A stretch of DNA of 64,000 bases from Octopus sinensis (GCF_006345805.1 NC_043006.1:41168001-41232000); one strand, 5' to 3'; counted from the stretch's first letter, positions 27,190 through 40,600 are shown. Translations and numbers: made by a program. Notes: generated by a model not told the origin, from the sequence alone.

Positions 27190-27365
27190 TAGCGCTAGCC
27201 ACTATACTGTTTTTCTATTTTCTCTCCCTGTTTATTTCTGTGTTCCTTTCTGTCGAAGAGCGCAGGCTCGAAACGTAAAAAACTTTCTCACTCCCGAGCG
27301 TTAAACTAATACGTATGTTTGTTCTTTACACACCCGTCTTTTGTTTTTGTTTTTGTAAATTATCA
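27190..27365 (+). mobile_element. Dispersed repeat family F (Penelope pseudo-LTR-like) with a degenerate hammerhead core
   Basis: Closely similar to 60468-60650; contains ttt-CTGTCGA-a-gagc-gcag-gctc-GAAACGTA-aaa. Confidence 0.65.
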
Positions 27366-27801
27366 GTACATATACTAGCTTAAAAGCCGCCTTATCGGTC
27401 TAGTATGTAGCTTTTAAGCAACTAACTCCAAATGGGAAGATCTACAAGCAGATCTTTGACCTGTTTTGGAAAATTTGTTGAAATTGCTTCCTTCACAGCC
27501 AAATCTCGATGATGATCATATTCGTCGTTAAAATTCATGTGAAAAAAAATTCGCCGAAAACAGTCGCAGTAATGAAAACACAGAACCCCAAGATTTCAGG
27601 ATTGCAGGTCCAGATTCGGCCTGGAATTTTTTTTTATTTACTCACAGTGTCAGCCTGATTCCAAAATGTCATGATATGTTGGGCTCCTGCCTCTAGGAGT
27701 AAAGTTGAAATAGTGTGACACGCTGACACACTGACATTCCCATTTATTAGATATGTTTAATTATGGGGAACTATATTTTAGTGTGTATGTACACACAGAC
27801 A

Positions 27802-27844
<43 letters not shown>

Positions 27845-28194
27845 ACATATATGTATGCAATAAAGAAAGCAAAATATAAAACAAAATTTATAGCGTTCAG
27901 TAGTTGGTTCATTATGCTGGGTACAGGAATTTCTGTTCAGTAAAGTTGTACATAATCTCCCTCTTTCTCTCACAGACCTACTCTCTCTCTTTCTCTTATT
28001 ACTCCCTCTCTGTCTTCGCCACAGCCCACACCGTCTTTATGCCTATTATAACTCTCATCCTAGCGCGAGGAAGTGTCATTGAATGTGACACACTGACACA
28101 CAGAAATTAGTTCCCGCATTTATATATATATATATATATATATATGAGTGTGTGCGTGTGTTTGTATATATTTGTGTATATATAAATACATAAT

Positions 28195-28338
<144 letters not shown>

Positions 28339-28447
28339 CTGCTTTGGTGGTCCAGTAGGTAATAGTGTTTAAAATTAGTAACAGAACATCCTATGCAGGT
28401 TTCACTCTCACTTAGGGCCTGCCTTAAGGGGGTCTTACTAAAAGTTA

Positions 28448-28483
28448 TAGGCGCAGGAGTGGCTGTGTAGTAAATTGCTTGCT
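28448..28483 (+). mobile_element. SINE family A head, cut off by a LINE insertion
   Basis: taggcgcaggagtggctgtgtagtaaattgcttgct, then an abrupt switch to unrelated sequence. Confidence 0.8.
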
Positions 28484-28723
28484 CACCTGCCTCGTGGTTT
28501 GACGTGTTTTTTGGCGTTGGGTCAAACGTTTTGTTGAACCTTGGATTATTTTTTCTGTTGGAATTCTTGACTGTTTATTGTTGAACATTTTCGAACTGTT
28601 GAAAATTGTTGAACTGTTAAACTTTGAAAATTTTTGTGCTTTTTCCCGGTGACGGGAGAAAGATATTGTTTGTGTAAAGCCATTTTTGCAGTTGTGAATT
28701 GTTGAAATATTGAACTTGTCAAA

Positions 28724-29140
28724 GCCGTTGTAGGCTTTATTTTCATGCTCCGCCCCCCAGCGGGGCTGGGATTTGAACTGTTATCCTCATTAAGAGGAAA
28801 AAAATATTATAGGTTTCCCGTTTTTTGAGATAATCAATTTATTATCATGTGAAAAATTTAATTTTAGCCGTTGCAGACTATATTGTGGCACCCCGCCCCC
28901 AGCGGGGGTAAGATTTGAACTGTTGTCCTCGTTGTGAGAAAAAGAAAAAAGAAACATATTATAGGTTTTCTGTTTTTGGGATACCGTATTTTTATTATTG
29001 TGTGAAAAATTTAATTTCGACCATTGTAGGCTTTGTTGTTACGTCTCGCCACCCAACAGGGGTGGGATTTGAACTGTTGTCCTCGTTGAGAGGAAAAGAA
29101 AAGCAAAAAATTATAGGTTTCCCGCTTTCTGGGTTTAAAT
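28724..29140 (+). repeat. Three tandem 143-152-bp monomers in the LINE 5' UTR
   Basis: Units start at 28724, 28867 and 29019; each has a GC-rich cgcc...gggg segment, gatttgaactgtt.tcctc and ttataggttt. Confidence 0.9.
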
Positions 29141-29166
29141 TGTGTATAAATTTATTTCGAACGTAT

Positions 29167-30500
29167 ATGTCGGTCGAAATAATTTCAGAGAAAAATTCGC
29201 TGGAAGTGCCAGTTAAGAAATTTTCAGCAGTTACCGCGGTGGCTACTGAAAACGTCGAATTACCAAAGGAAAAGCTCTCTGAGCTTTTGAGAAAATGAAA
29301 GAGGAGGTGGGTGATATAAAAAAATCTTATCACCCTCACCTAGTGTTGAAAAATTGAAAGAAGGACAGTTGTTTTCAAAACATACTGTCCTTCAACAAAG
29401 AAATTTAAGCACTTTGAGCAGTGCAAAATTGAAAAATGTCTGGTTCCCATATGGGAAGACATAAAGTATATAGCGAGAGGCCGTACTTATGGCACAATAG
29501 AGGTCATATTTGAAACAGAAGTAAAAGCCCAAGAGCACTCAGTGATTCCCCTGAAAACGAGGAGTTAGTACTTCTGCCAACCTACATGGGGAGACGAAGT
29601 GCTCGAGTAAGAGTGACAGAAGTGCCACCTGAAGTTGATGTAAGGGAGGTGATGGCCGCCTTGTTGTATAACGGCACGGATAAAATCGCCTTCCTTCAGA
29701 TCACACGCTCTGCCTCACAAAACTGGCTCGGGCAGAGCATTTCTGCCATTATTCAGGGAACTCAGGAAGATATCGAAATGCTTCCAGAGAGGGTGCACTT
29801 GGGTGAGGATATCACCCTCAGAATACAAGTAGAGGGCAAAAAGCCAACGTGTTACGAATGTGGCAAAAAAGGCCACATCCGTACAGACTGTGGACAATGG
29901 AAAAGAAAAGTGGCGCAGACAGCAGGCCCCTCAATTACAAAAAATACCCCAAACCTGCACATACATTAGCTCCTGCAGAAACAAAAATTTCCACTCCTCC
30001 ATCTGTGGTGCCCGCCCCCAAACACGACACCCCAAAACCCCAGCCCATTCATACACCAGTCCCAACAACGTCAAAAGCACCCACCCTCTCTAAAGTGGCA
30101 CCAGAACATGTAACTCTCTTGGACGTCACCATGGAGGTGGTTGAGGGGGAGTTCACAGCAGTTCGGAAACGAACACACACACCTTCTCCATCCCCATCTC
30201 CCACAAAAGAAACGAAAAAGGAAGCACCACACCAAAAGAAAAAAAAAAAAAAGAAACGACTCCACTCCAACGTCCCACAAGGAGAAAAGGAAAAAACGAA
30301 CGATAACGAACCGAAAACCCTAGTAAAATATGACACATTGAGGACATTGTAAAAGATCACCACACCACCACGCTGTTTGAACTGTACAAGGACTTAAGGG
30401 AAAGATGTGCCTGGATAGGGGAAGGCCTTTACAGGAAACTGAAGGACAGGCATCCAAAGACCATCAGGAGTATCCCGGACCTTCCAGGATATTTGAAGAA
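29167..30500 (+). pseudogene. Frameshifted gag-like ORF1 with a zinc knuckle
   Basis: MSVEIISEK... continues through frameshifts into ORFs 29586-29969 and 29849-30352; C-x2-C-x4-H-x4-C motif. Confidence 0.8.
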
Positions 30501-30579
30501 GGAGGAAGAGGAGGAAAGGGCTTCTTCATGTGTTGTGAGGTCAGCCCCAACATCACCAGTGATTTTTAAATTGTATCAT

Positions 30580-30665
30580 AGTCCTGGGGTCGATTTGCTC
30601 GACAAAAAGGCGGTACTCCATAATGGCCACAGTCAAATGACTGCAACAAGTAAAAGAGTAAAAGA
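30580..30665 (+). mobile_element. SINE family A tail fragment
   Basis: agtcctggggtcgatttgctcgac...ggccacagtcaaatgactgcaacaagtaaaagagtaaaagag. Confidence 0.85.
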
Positions 30666-31278
30666 GATATGCATATATGAAATATATAGTGTAATTAGAG
30701 CTTCTTATTAACCATAACTCGCATTAATACAGAAGAAAAGTGTAGTGTGCGTTGAGAGCTATATTCGAAATAATATTATTATGGAGGCAACACAGGCGAA
30801 GTCTAAAAGAACATAATTGAAATACGCATCGAAAACTTATATAAATATATATATTCCCTATAAAATTGAAATAAAATTCATAAATACACAAATATATATA
30901 AATAGACAATATCAATGCACTGCATAAAACACGATTGAATTTAAATAAAAACGATTGAATTTAAGAAAATATCATTTGTAAGTACATTTAAAATCGTATA
31001 TTGTATGATGAAATTAAAAATTTAACTTGAAAGGATTAAGTATTAAAAAGATATATTAAAACCAACGAAAAAAAAATATAAACATCGCATCTTATATGCT
31101 CTGCAATATTTCAGAGATGTGCCAGGTATATGACATATTTCATATTACTAACCATGACACTCCCCTCATCAGGATGTTACACAAAGTTCATAAATACATC
31201 TACATACCAGGGCCGGTCAACCGTCAGCGGTTGACATTCTTTCAGCTATAGACAAGATTTTGGAGAAGAGACAAGGTA

Positions 31279-31512
31279 CAGGGTGTTCAAAAAGTCTCTC
31301 CGCAGTAAGTATTTAATGGTTTTCGGGCGATTCTTGTACACTGATCCTTTACTTGCTCCCTAGAAAAAAAAAATCTGGCGGTGTTAAATCAAGTGATCTT
31401 AGTGGCCCAAGTCCCTTCGAAATAATCCGTTCACCGAAAAACTCTTTAAGTAGCGCCATAGTGATGCGCAGGATGAAAAAACTAACTGCGGAGAGACTTT
31501 TTGAACACCCTA
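31279..31512 (-). mobile_element. Internally deleted rosa/D,D41D-like element (MITE, 234 bp)
   Basis: 27 bp of perfect inverted repeat (agggtgttcaaaaagtctctccgcagt), TA at left; the interior on the minus strand encodes EFFGERIISKGLGPLRSLDLTPPDFF, the WPPRSPDLTPxDF catalytic block. Confidence 0.85.
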
Positions 31513-31998
31513 GATATCACAACGAAGGGAGTTAGAGGTTGTGAATCCAACCAACTAAGGGATAGTATCTATCTAAAATACTGCTGGTAGACTATCTGAT
31601 TAATACACAAATGTTTGTTATTGCGTGGCAATTACACTACTGAGTATAAAGTATTTATATATATTATCTGAACTGTTTAAAATAAATAAATAGACATAAT
31701 ATAATGTCTAACAGCTGATGAATACTACCTCTGTATTCCCTCCATTTTCTTCTTGCCGTATATATTTCTATATATAAGCATACATACACGCACACACACA
31801 CACACATATATATCCTTTACTTTTCCTTTTCAAATTTCAGCCCCGAAAGCTGCGGGCATTTTGAGGCACCAGTGTTTACTTTGCTACACTTTCACTAAAC
31901 CTCCTCTGATGTGTGGTATTTGGTGAATGAGGGTGTCGCGAGCTCGGTTTATCCGGAATTAATTACACAAACACACACACACACACACACACACATAA

Positions 31999-32284
31999 TG
32001 TATAAAGGATCGTGGGTAAGGCCGGAATAATGTGAAGTAAATTCAAAGCAAATCTCAAGAAAACAAATATATGAATTACTGTAGACTTCCCTTGCTTTCA
32101 ATATTTTGGGGTTATGACCCCATTTTCAAGAAATTAACTGCAACGTTTGTTAATTTCTTGAAAATAGCTTCATAACCCTGAAATACTAAATGCAAGGTAA
32201 GTCTGCATTAATTCATATGCTTTCTAGTGATTTGCCTTGAATTTACTTCGCATTGTTCTGGCCTTACCCACGATGCTTTATACA
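31999..32284. mobile_element. Foldback MITE, about 140-bp arms with a 10-nt loop
   Basis: tgtataaaggatcgtgggtaaggcc...ttttcaagaaattaac / gttaatttcttgaaaa...ggccttacccacgatgctttataca; loop 32139-32148. Confidence 0.9.
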
Positions 32285-32319
32285 ATATATTCTACACAAT
32301 GCTTCATAGTAATTATTCC

Positions 32320-32392
<73 letters not shown>

Positions 32393-33206
32393 TATATATG
32401 CATATATATACATATATATTGTATGTATATAATCCCTTTTTATTACGAATATATATTTTAACTTGCATAAACAGGTAATGTCACGTTTGTAGAACATTAC
32501 TAAAAGCTATAATTTTTATACCAGCATTTTATACGATAGGTCGTGTCTGCCAACTAACTATCTATTATATCCCCACATTTATAATAAACTCTTTACATTT
32601 GCTTCGTATTGGCAGAATAAAACGCACAAATGGAAGGTATTTTACTCACGTCGCTTTTACTATAAGGAAATAAAAGGCGTGAGTAAAATATTTTAAAACA
32701 AGAACACAAAGTGAGATGGATAATTGGTACAGCTGAAACACAACTCCAGACAACGGTACCTGGCATGGGTAGTAAATTATAATATACATATATATACTAT
32801 TTAAAGCGGCAGAAATCAATATTAGAAAAAGTTACAGATCAATATTTAGTAGGAAAAGGATTTCTCTGGAAAAATATATAAGATTATGAACAGTTTTTAG
32901 TCTACAGCAGACTTTATTTCTTAACTTTTCTTGCTGTTTGTCTGTATGTCTGTCTCTTTGTCTCTGTCTCTCGCTGTCTCTCCCTGTCTCTTTCTTTCTT
33001 CCTCTTTGTCTCTCAGGCACTCATGAACAAATACATGATAGACTGTAATGATGAGATAAATTCCATATGAATATCATGTGTACTCAAACATGCACACACA
33101 CAAACATACATATGTAAGTATGTGTATCTGTATGTTTTTATATATGTGTTAGTATAATTATGTTTTGAATATCGCTCTTACATCTCTGTCTCTCTGTCTC
33201 TCTGTC

Positions 33207-33279
<73 letters not shown>

Positions 33280-33281
<2 letters not shown>

Positions 33282-33390
33282 TCTTTTATTCGTTTATTCT
33301 TTTACTTCTTTCAGTCATTTGACTGAGGCCATGCTTCAACAACGTCTTTAGTCAAACAAATCAACCTCAGGACTTATTCTTTGTAAGCAT
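33280..33390 (-). mobile_element. SINE family A tail fragment
   Basis: ttcagtcatttgactgaggccatg...aggacttattctttgtaagc. Confidence 0.75.
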
Positions 33391-33424
33391 ATATATATAT
33401 GAGCAGGCGTGGCTGTATATATAT

Positions 33425-33795
33425 ATACAAGGATGTTTGCAAAAGGGATATGAAGGCCTGCAACATCAACATTAGCGGTTGGGAGGCAGTCGCCGGCAAC
33501 CGTGGAGAATGGCGACGTACAGTAAAAGAGGGTATACAAAGGAGTGACAGAGAGAGAGAGGAGAAATGGAAAGAAAGGAAGAGACCTAAACAAGAGACCA
33601 TGGCACTACAACCAGCCAGGAACAGTCTTCGCTACATTTGCAGTACCTGCCAGAGGGAGTGTTTGTCCAGGATAGGACTACACAGCCACAGCAAGAAATG
33701 TATCAGGAAATAAAATATAATAGCCGGACTAGACCTAGAAAAAAAAAAAAATGCGCAACTCCATTGTCTCCCGAGACAGAAAGGATGCCAATACA
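33425..33795 (+). mobile_element. 3' end of an RTE (BovB-like) LINE
   Basis: YKDVCKRDMKACNI...W...R..WR..V..G, terminal [17 protein letters not shown] motif, and 3' UTR tccattgtctcccgagacagaaaggatgcc. Confidence 0.88.
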
Positions 33796-33817
33796 ATACA
33801 ATATATATATATATATA

Positions 33818-34135
<318 letters not shown>

Positions 34136-34439
34136 ATTATAATGATTATATGCACGCTTTTTATAATACCACACTCTCGCATAGCCCAGCAATATGTTAT
34201 AAAATACCCACATTTGAAACGAAAGTGAAGAAATATTTATTAATACACAGCCTATTAACTCTGTCACCATAACACAGAAAGGCTAAAATTGTTACATATT
34301 AATCAAATTGTAATGAACAACAAGAGATAAATATACCACCCCACAAAATTTAGACCTACCCACATCCTCTTGTAAATAGCAGAGGACAAGACAAACACAT
34401 TTCCATGCTAAAAACACAATGACATGCCCTCCTACAAAA

Positions 34440-35800
34440 GGCAAGTGGCTTACGATCTGGTAGAGCGACAATGGATATGATTTTCACAGCAAGATAGATG
34501 CAAGAGAAGTGCTATGAGCAGAATATGGATCTTTCCCAGACATTCATTGATTTAAAGGCCTCTGATACTGTAAATAGGGCCTTTCTATGGAAAGTACTTG
34601 GCAAACTTGGGTGTCCAGGTCACTTTGTATCTATAATTAAATCGTTTCATGATGTGATGGAGGCTTGGGTCAATGTTGGCATCGGCATGGCGGAACCCAT
34701 TCCTGTACAGAATGATGTCAAGCAGGGTGACATCCTTGCCCCAACTCTCTTTTCTTTATACATTACTGCTGCTTTTACTGATGCTTTTGCTAAGGTTAGC
34801 TCTCTGGGAATATATGTCAGATATCGATCTTCTGACCGCCTATTTAATCTGCACCGATTTTCTGCCAATTCAAAAGTTTTCCAGTCTCTTATTCGTGACC
34901 TCCTTTATGCAAATGACTGTAACTTAGTCACTCATGAATCGTATTTCTGCTTCTTGTAAGGCATTTGGATTCAGCATTAGCCTGGACAAGACAGTTGTAA
35001 TGTTCCAGCCTGCACCAGGAAATCCATATGTTAAACCAGCTATCTTGGTTGAAGGAACAATTCTGAAGATGGTAAATAAGTTTGTCTAGCTGGGCAGCAC
35101 ACTCAACCGTTTTTGTTCCCTGGATGATGAAATATCTTTCAGTCTGCAGAGAGCAATTAATTCCTTCCGATCTCTTCAGTCTCGTGTCTGGTCCCAGCAT
35201 GGCATCACAAGGCAAACAAAAATTGCTGTGTACCGTGCATGTGTACTGACATCGCTCTTCTACATATGTGAGACACGGACCCTTTACAAACGTCATGTAA
35301 GGGTCCTTGAACGCTTTCATCAGAGATGTCTGAGACACATTCTGAATATTGGCTGGACCTTAAAAATTCCAGACACACCGGGCCTGAGGACAGCAGATAT
35401 CTTGATATTGAGGCCATGGTGCACGAGCACCAGTTACGTTGGACTGGACACCTTATTAGAATTAAGGATAGCAGGATCCCTAAGTATCTGCTATATGGAG
35501 AACTTGTGAATGGAAAGCGACCTCGGCAGAAACCAAGGCAGCGATTTAAGGACTGTGTCTAGTCCTCATTAAAGGCCTGTGATATGCAGGAGGCTGACTG
35601 GGAGATCAATGCCTGTCATCACCACAGATGGAGGAAGCAGGTTAAGAAGGGGGTCGATAATTTTTAGAGAGCACGTATTCAGCATGAAGAACTTAAGCAT
35701 GCTGCTTGAAAGTGCACCGCTCGTGTAGTGAATGGGGAAAGCTTGCTCTGCAATATTTGCAGTCGTGTACGCTGTCAAGAGCAGGGCTCATTAGCCGCAA
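34440..35800 (+). pseudogene. Decayed RTE-clade reverse transcriptase (5'-truncated LINE)
   Basis: DMIFTAR*MQEKCYEQN, FIDL.KASDTVNR..LW..L.KLGCP, VKQGDILAPTLF, LLYAND (YADD-like), KIAVYRACVLTSL, ERFHQRCLR.IL.I.W, RIPK.LLYGEL..GKR; with stops and frameshifts. Confidence 0.93.
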
Positions 35801-36055
35801 ACGGAGCCGCAAATGTAAAATATAAGTTAGTCCTAGAGCTCACAATGTTCCTGAAAGTCAGCAATGGTCTTCCTCAGTCACATGTGGACGGCGATCCATC
35901 CATATGGACAATGAGTGCCTTTCAGTTTCTGTCAATTACATCCATTGATATGGCTTTGGCCATCCCGAGGCTATAATAGAAGGCACACTTGTGCCCCTCT
36001 GAGCGGTTGAACCCAAAAATATGTATCTGGAAAGCAAACATTTTCCTCACCCTGC

Positions 36056-36086
<31 letters not shown>

Positions 36087-36497
36087 ACACACACACACAC
36101 GTATACACACAGATACGCAGTCACACTTATATATATACATATAAAACATGAAGAATGAATCATTCTAAGAAATCAAGTAAAACTTTAGATTTGGAGTCCA
36201 GTGTAATTTCAGGAAACGCGTAAAATTATATTACCGTCTGGTTTTTCACCATTTTAAACCTTAGGAAGTGGCTGCACATATTGGCAAAGAGTAATAGCAA
36301 TCCGATAATCGTGGCATGGCTATTAGTGAGATATATAAATATTTAGAAACACTATGAGGAAACTCTTATTTCACATCCAACTATATAGCTTAACAATAAA
36401 ATATTATATAAACAGTAAAGAGTGAATAAAACTAAAATTAAACCAAAGTATGATGTCGACAGAAAACGATCGTCTGCTTTCATCAATTTTCTAGATC

Positions 36498-36540
<43 letters not shown>

Positions 36541-37399
36541 ACACACACACTCACACATACTCACATACACGCACACACATACTCACATACACGCACACAC
36601 AGACACAGACACATACACATACACGCATACACACACGGACAGGCACAGATAGAATGATAGACAGACAGACACACGGAACTAGAATCGTTACTCGACGCTG
36701 CCCGGGTATTGCCGGATATTGTATTAAAGAAATACTACGCACTAATGTGATATATATATATATATATATATATATGTATAAATACATGTTATTTAAAAGT
36801 TTAATTCACTCGTATATATCTATGTATGTGTACATGTTTAGGCTCATGCACACAAACCTACATACATAGGTAAATGGAGAGTAATATAGTAGAGACATCG
36901 CCGAGTTATATGTTCTCTTCTATTTGTAATTATTTTCAGTTTCTCTGTAAAGAATAAGTTTGTTTCTTGTAAAGATACAAAAGTCCATCTTTGGAACGTT
37001 GATATCAAAGAACAATGCTAAACTTGAGAAACTCTAGCCTTTGCAATCAATTGTTTTGGTATAAATGTGAATTTATAATATATGTACAGAAGCTAAACGT
37101 TTCGGAGCAGAAATTATCTAGCTCTTTGAATTTTGAAGAGATATTCACGGTAGCACGTTACCTGACCACTATGACTGTTTCGACGTTTTTATTGTCGTAG
37201 TTCGAAGCGGCTGCACCTATAACCATCTCAGGCTCTCCAAATCTGATTGGGACAGTTGATATTCATTCTGAGCACCCACAAGTTGAAGACAGAAGATATC
37301 TGAAAGAACATGACTGGAGAAATATTCAAGGATTCCAAGACGAGGATTTGGTGGATGAGTTTGTGAGGGAGTTGGAAAAAAACAACAACAAACAGTATA

Positions 37400-37690
37400 G
37401 GTGATAAGTGGAGAAAGAACGATATATCTGATGATGTTCATTGAAGATGTGCAGGGGAAGGTCGATTAAGAATCTTGCTGATATCAAGAGCAATAACATT
37501 GTTTTGACCATAGTTTTCAAGAGCGTGTTTATTACAAATGAAGTACTAATGGATAACCGGAAGTGATATTGGGCGTCATTCAAGCAATAGAAATTTGGAA
37601 GGGTGTTAATGAAGGAGGCTGTTAACGAGTATCTACATAAGTTTTGTGATTTAATAAGGGTGAGCAATACCTTTATGGTTGCCAAGGTTC
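37400..37690 (-). pseudogene. Highly decayed CR1/Jockey-group reverse transcriptase remnant
   Basis: Minus-strand pieces LNDAQYHFR and ENYGQNNVIALDISK resemble Q.GFR...ALDISKAFD RT motifs. Confidence 0.45.
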
Positions 37691-40600
37691 AATAAATTTC
37701 CCGAGTTTGTAATATGCTTACTTTATATAATGTGTTCTAATTGCGATTTTAGTTAATCCCTCCATATATGCAGTTATCGTTAGCTTCAATGTGAACACAA
37801 CACTGTAGCTTAAAACCGATGTTGTTTTAAATAACTTAAGGAATGAAATAAGTTAAAGATGGTACCTATAATTTTTTTAGCGTCTTTCCTTTGTGGCTGT
37901 TTAACCGCAAGTTAGACCTGTCCAAAGACATATAAATTCTCCGTTTAGACACAGAGTGAGAGAGAGAGAGAGAGAGGGAGAGAGAGAGAAGAGAGAGATA
38001 AAGAAAGAAGGAAGGAGTTGGCTGGTGTATTCAAAGATATTCTTAGGAAACATTTTGTGTGGGGCAAAATAGATGAAGAAATCTATATCTAAAAAGTACG
38101 TTTTAAAAAAGTACAAAAGATAGAAAATTAAAATCGAAATATGTTTAATCGATAGTAGATACGGAAATACAATGTCGTAGGGAAAGAAAATGGAAATAAG
38201 AAATTACTGCTGACCTAAATGATAATAATTTTTGATGAAACAGAAATAATTTCAGGAAACGGAGGAACAGTACCCCTTAGATTTTGTATTTTTTTTCTTG
38301 CAGTATATAATTATGTTTTCAGTTTACAATGAAAAGATCGCCAAGTAATTTTAGAAAGGAAATTAAGATGAAAATGGGGATTAACTATGATAGTTGTAAT
38401 TTTGGTGTTTGTAGCTTGAAAGATACTCATAAAAAGGAAAGAAGAAGCTAAAGCAAAGAAAAGTGCAAAGGTTGGGCATCTTAAATGGTTAACGTTAAGT
38501 TATAGTGATTGAAGTATAGCTGAGATTTTAGTGAAGAACGTGACGGTATAAACGTTTTATAAAATAAGTTAAAATGTATTAAAATGTATGATCAAATATT
38601 GAATAAGCTTGAAAGTGAAAAATTACACCGTTTCAGGAAATAAAGATAAATTCATTATTGTTTTATTGAAACGGCTTAACTAAGGAAATTGTCTTAAATT
38701 AGAACTTTTACTCACCTTTAACAACCCAAAGACATCAAAAGAGCACACATCAAAGAAGGAATCTTGTTTTGCATCTTCTCTAATCCTGAAAATAGCACAA
38801 CTAAAAGTTTTAGTAGGATGTATGTGTATAAATGTGTGCATACGTGTTTGAGAGCGTGTGCGTGTGTGTGCGTGTGTGTGTGCGTGTGTTTTTGCTTGAG
38901 TGTTTCTGTGTGTGTGTGTGTGTATGTAAATGTGTGTATGAGTGTTTGAGAGTACGTGTGTGTGAGTGGGTGTCGTGGCGACACCAAATTTTCGCATTTA
39001 ACAATGCCTAACATTTTTTTCAGTTCTTTCATCTCCAAGGCGTCAGCTGAACACTTGGATCAATTTTACTGTCTGAAGACAGGAATTATTTACCTTCGTA
39101 TGTTTTCCACCTGCAATTATTCAACCTGATATTCAACAGTATTAATTTCATGCATTTATTTATATTTCTAAATTCATATGTCTCGGAAAAGCTATGGTTA
39201 TGGCCTCTCCCTTTCAAATTACCCAGTATAACAAGTATTCCACAATAGAATATATATAGAAAAACATGACGCAAGCGTGTTGCTTGACCTGCTAAAAATA
39301 ACAGTCAAATCATCTTAAAATCACCCTTTTTCAACTTTAAATAATAAAAAAAATCTTATTGGAGAATGAGATCCTCGATGCGACAAAAGTTAGCATGGTC
39401 ACGGTCGGAATGCCTTTCCTCATAATTCTGTTGTATCAGGCCTAACAGCCACGCAGGAAAGATACTCAAAGATTAGCGGTGCCATCTTTAACTTATTTAA
39501 AACAGTTTCGGCTTTTAAGCTACAGCGTTTCACATATAGAAACTGAAGGAATTTGCATCATTTATGGGAGTTACTAAAAACGTAATTAGAATATATAATA
39601 TAAAGCAAGCACTATCATATATATATATGTGTGTGTGTGTTACACCCTCAGAAACATTCAGCTTTAGGGAGCTCAATAGTTAATAACATGCTTTATGTGG
39701 CGTCTAAAGTATGGTGGAGTGAAAGAAAGAGAGAGATAGAAAGAAACATTACACAGAAAGGAAAAATATGTGCTAAAATAAAGGGACGACGAAGAAAACT
39801 TATGTCTATTCAGCAACATGACAGAGCGAGGATGGTACTGAATATTTCTGTAAGCGTTCACAAATCACTTCACTGCGGTTAATATGGTAATGGCTGTCTT
39901 CTCGCTGCTATATTAATACGGATCAATATAGAAGAATTTCATTCCAAATTATCTAGAAATGTGTACAGACGTGTTGATGTGTAAACATATAGGCAAAAGA
40001 GATATATTTCATTTCACTCTACAGCTTTCTGAATCAATTACATTTATTTATTTCAGCTCATATCCATGTCATTCTAACTTTGAAACCATGTAAATGTATG
40101 GTGTGAGAATTTTAATTTCTTATTTCTGGAGAGCTCTACTTCAAATTTTTCCATTGATTTCAGCTGAGTCTTAATTTCCGTTTCATCCAAATGCCAGAGT
40201 CCAGATTTTACAGCATTCGATTGTGAAGTCCTATAAAGGTACTATAATTAAATGTATCACTTATGTTTTTTAAAATTATACACTGGTTTAACAAAGAGAA
40301 GCAAACTTAGAGATCAACTAAAATCAGTCTGTTCAAAATTAGAGGCCAAAAAAGAAACGAAAAGAAAATGAATTTAGTGTTGCCATCAGGCTTAGACTCG
40401 CCAAAATTTTATCAGAAGAATAATAAGAAATTATTCCACTTATTTAACAGAAAAAAATAAAAGTTAAACACATATAAGAAAAAGCAAAGCAAAAAAAAAA
40501 CCCCAACACAACAAAAAAAAACAAACAAACAAACAAACAAAAGAACCGAAGAATTAAAATGTAGTCAGATTTAGCGAATAAAATAGAATGGAATGCTAGC

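Larger units (their letters stand above)
28484..30520 (+). mobile_element. 5' portion (UTR plus ORF1) of an L1/Tx1-like LINE; ORF2 absent
   Basis: Repetitive 5' UTR, then a broken ORF1 with a CCHC knuckle (CYECGKKGHIRTDC) and a Pro/Thr/Lys-rich tail; a SINE-A tail follows at 30580. Confidence 0.75.

Noticed and set aside
27640-28110. Cluster of TGACA(C) words
   Set aside because: Adjacent to CA repeats and partly arranged as direct or inverted repeats; a decayed element explains it as well as regulation does.
31130-31745. Two further CTGATGA cores (about 31166 minus, about 31716 plus)
   Set aside because: The first lacks stems I and II; the second has a stem II but no GAAA.
37090-37135. gagc...gctccGAAACGTT motif on the minus strand
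   Set aside because: The CUGANGA core and stem I are absent; at most a dead remnant.
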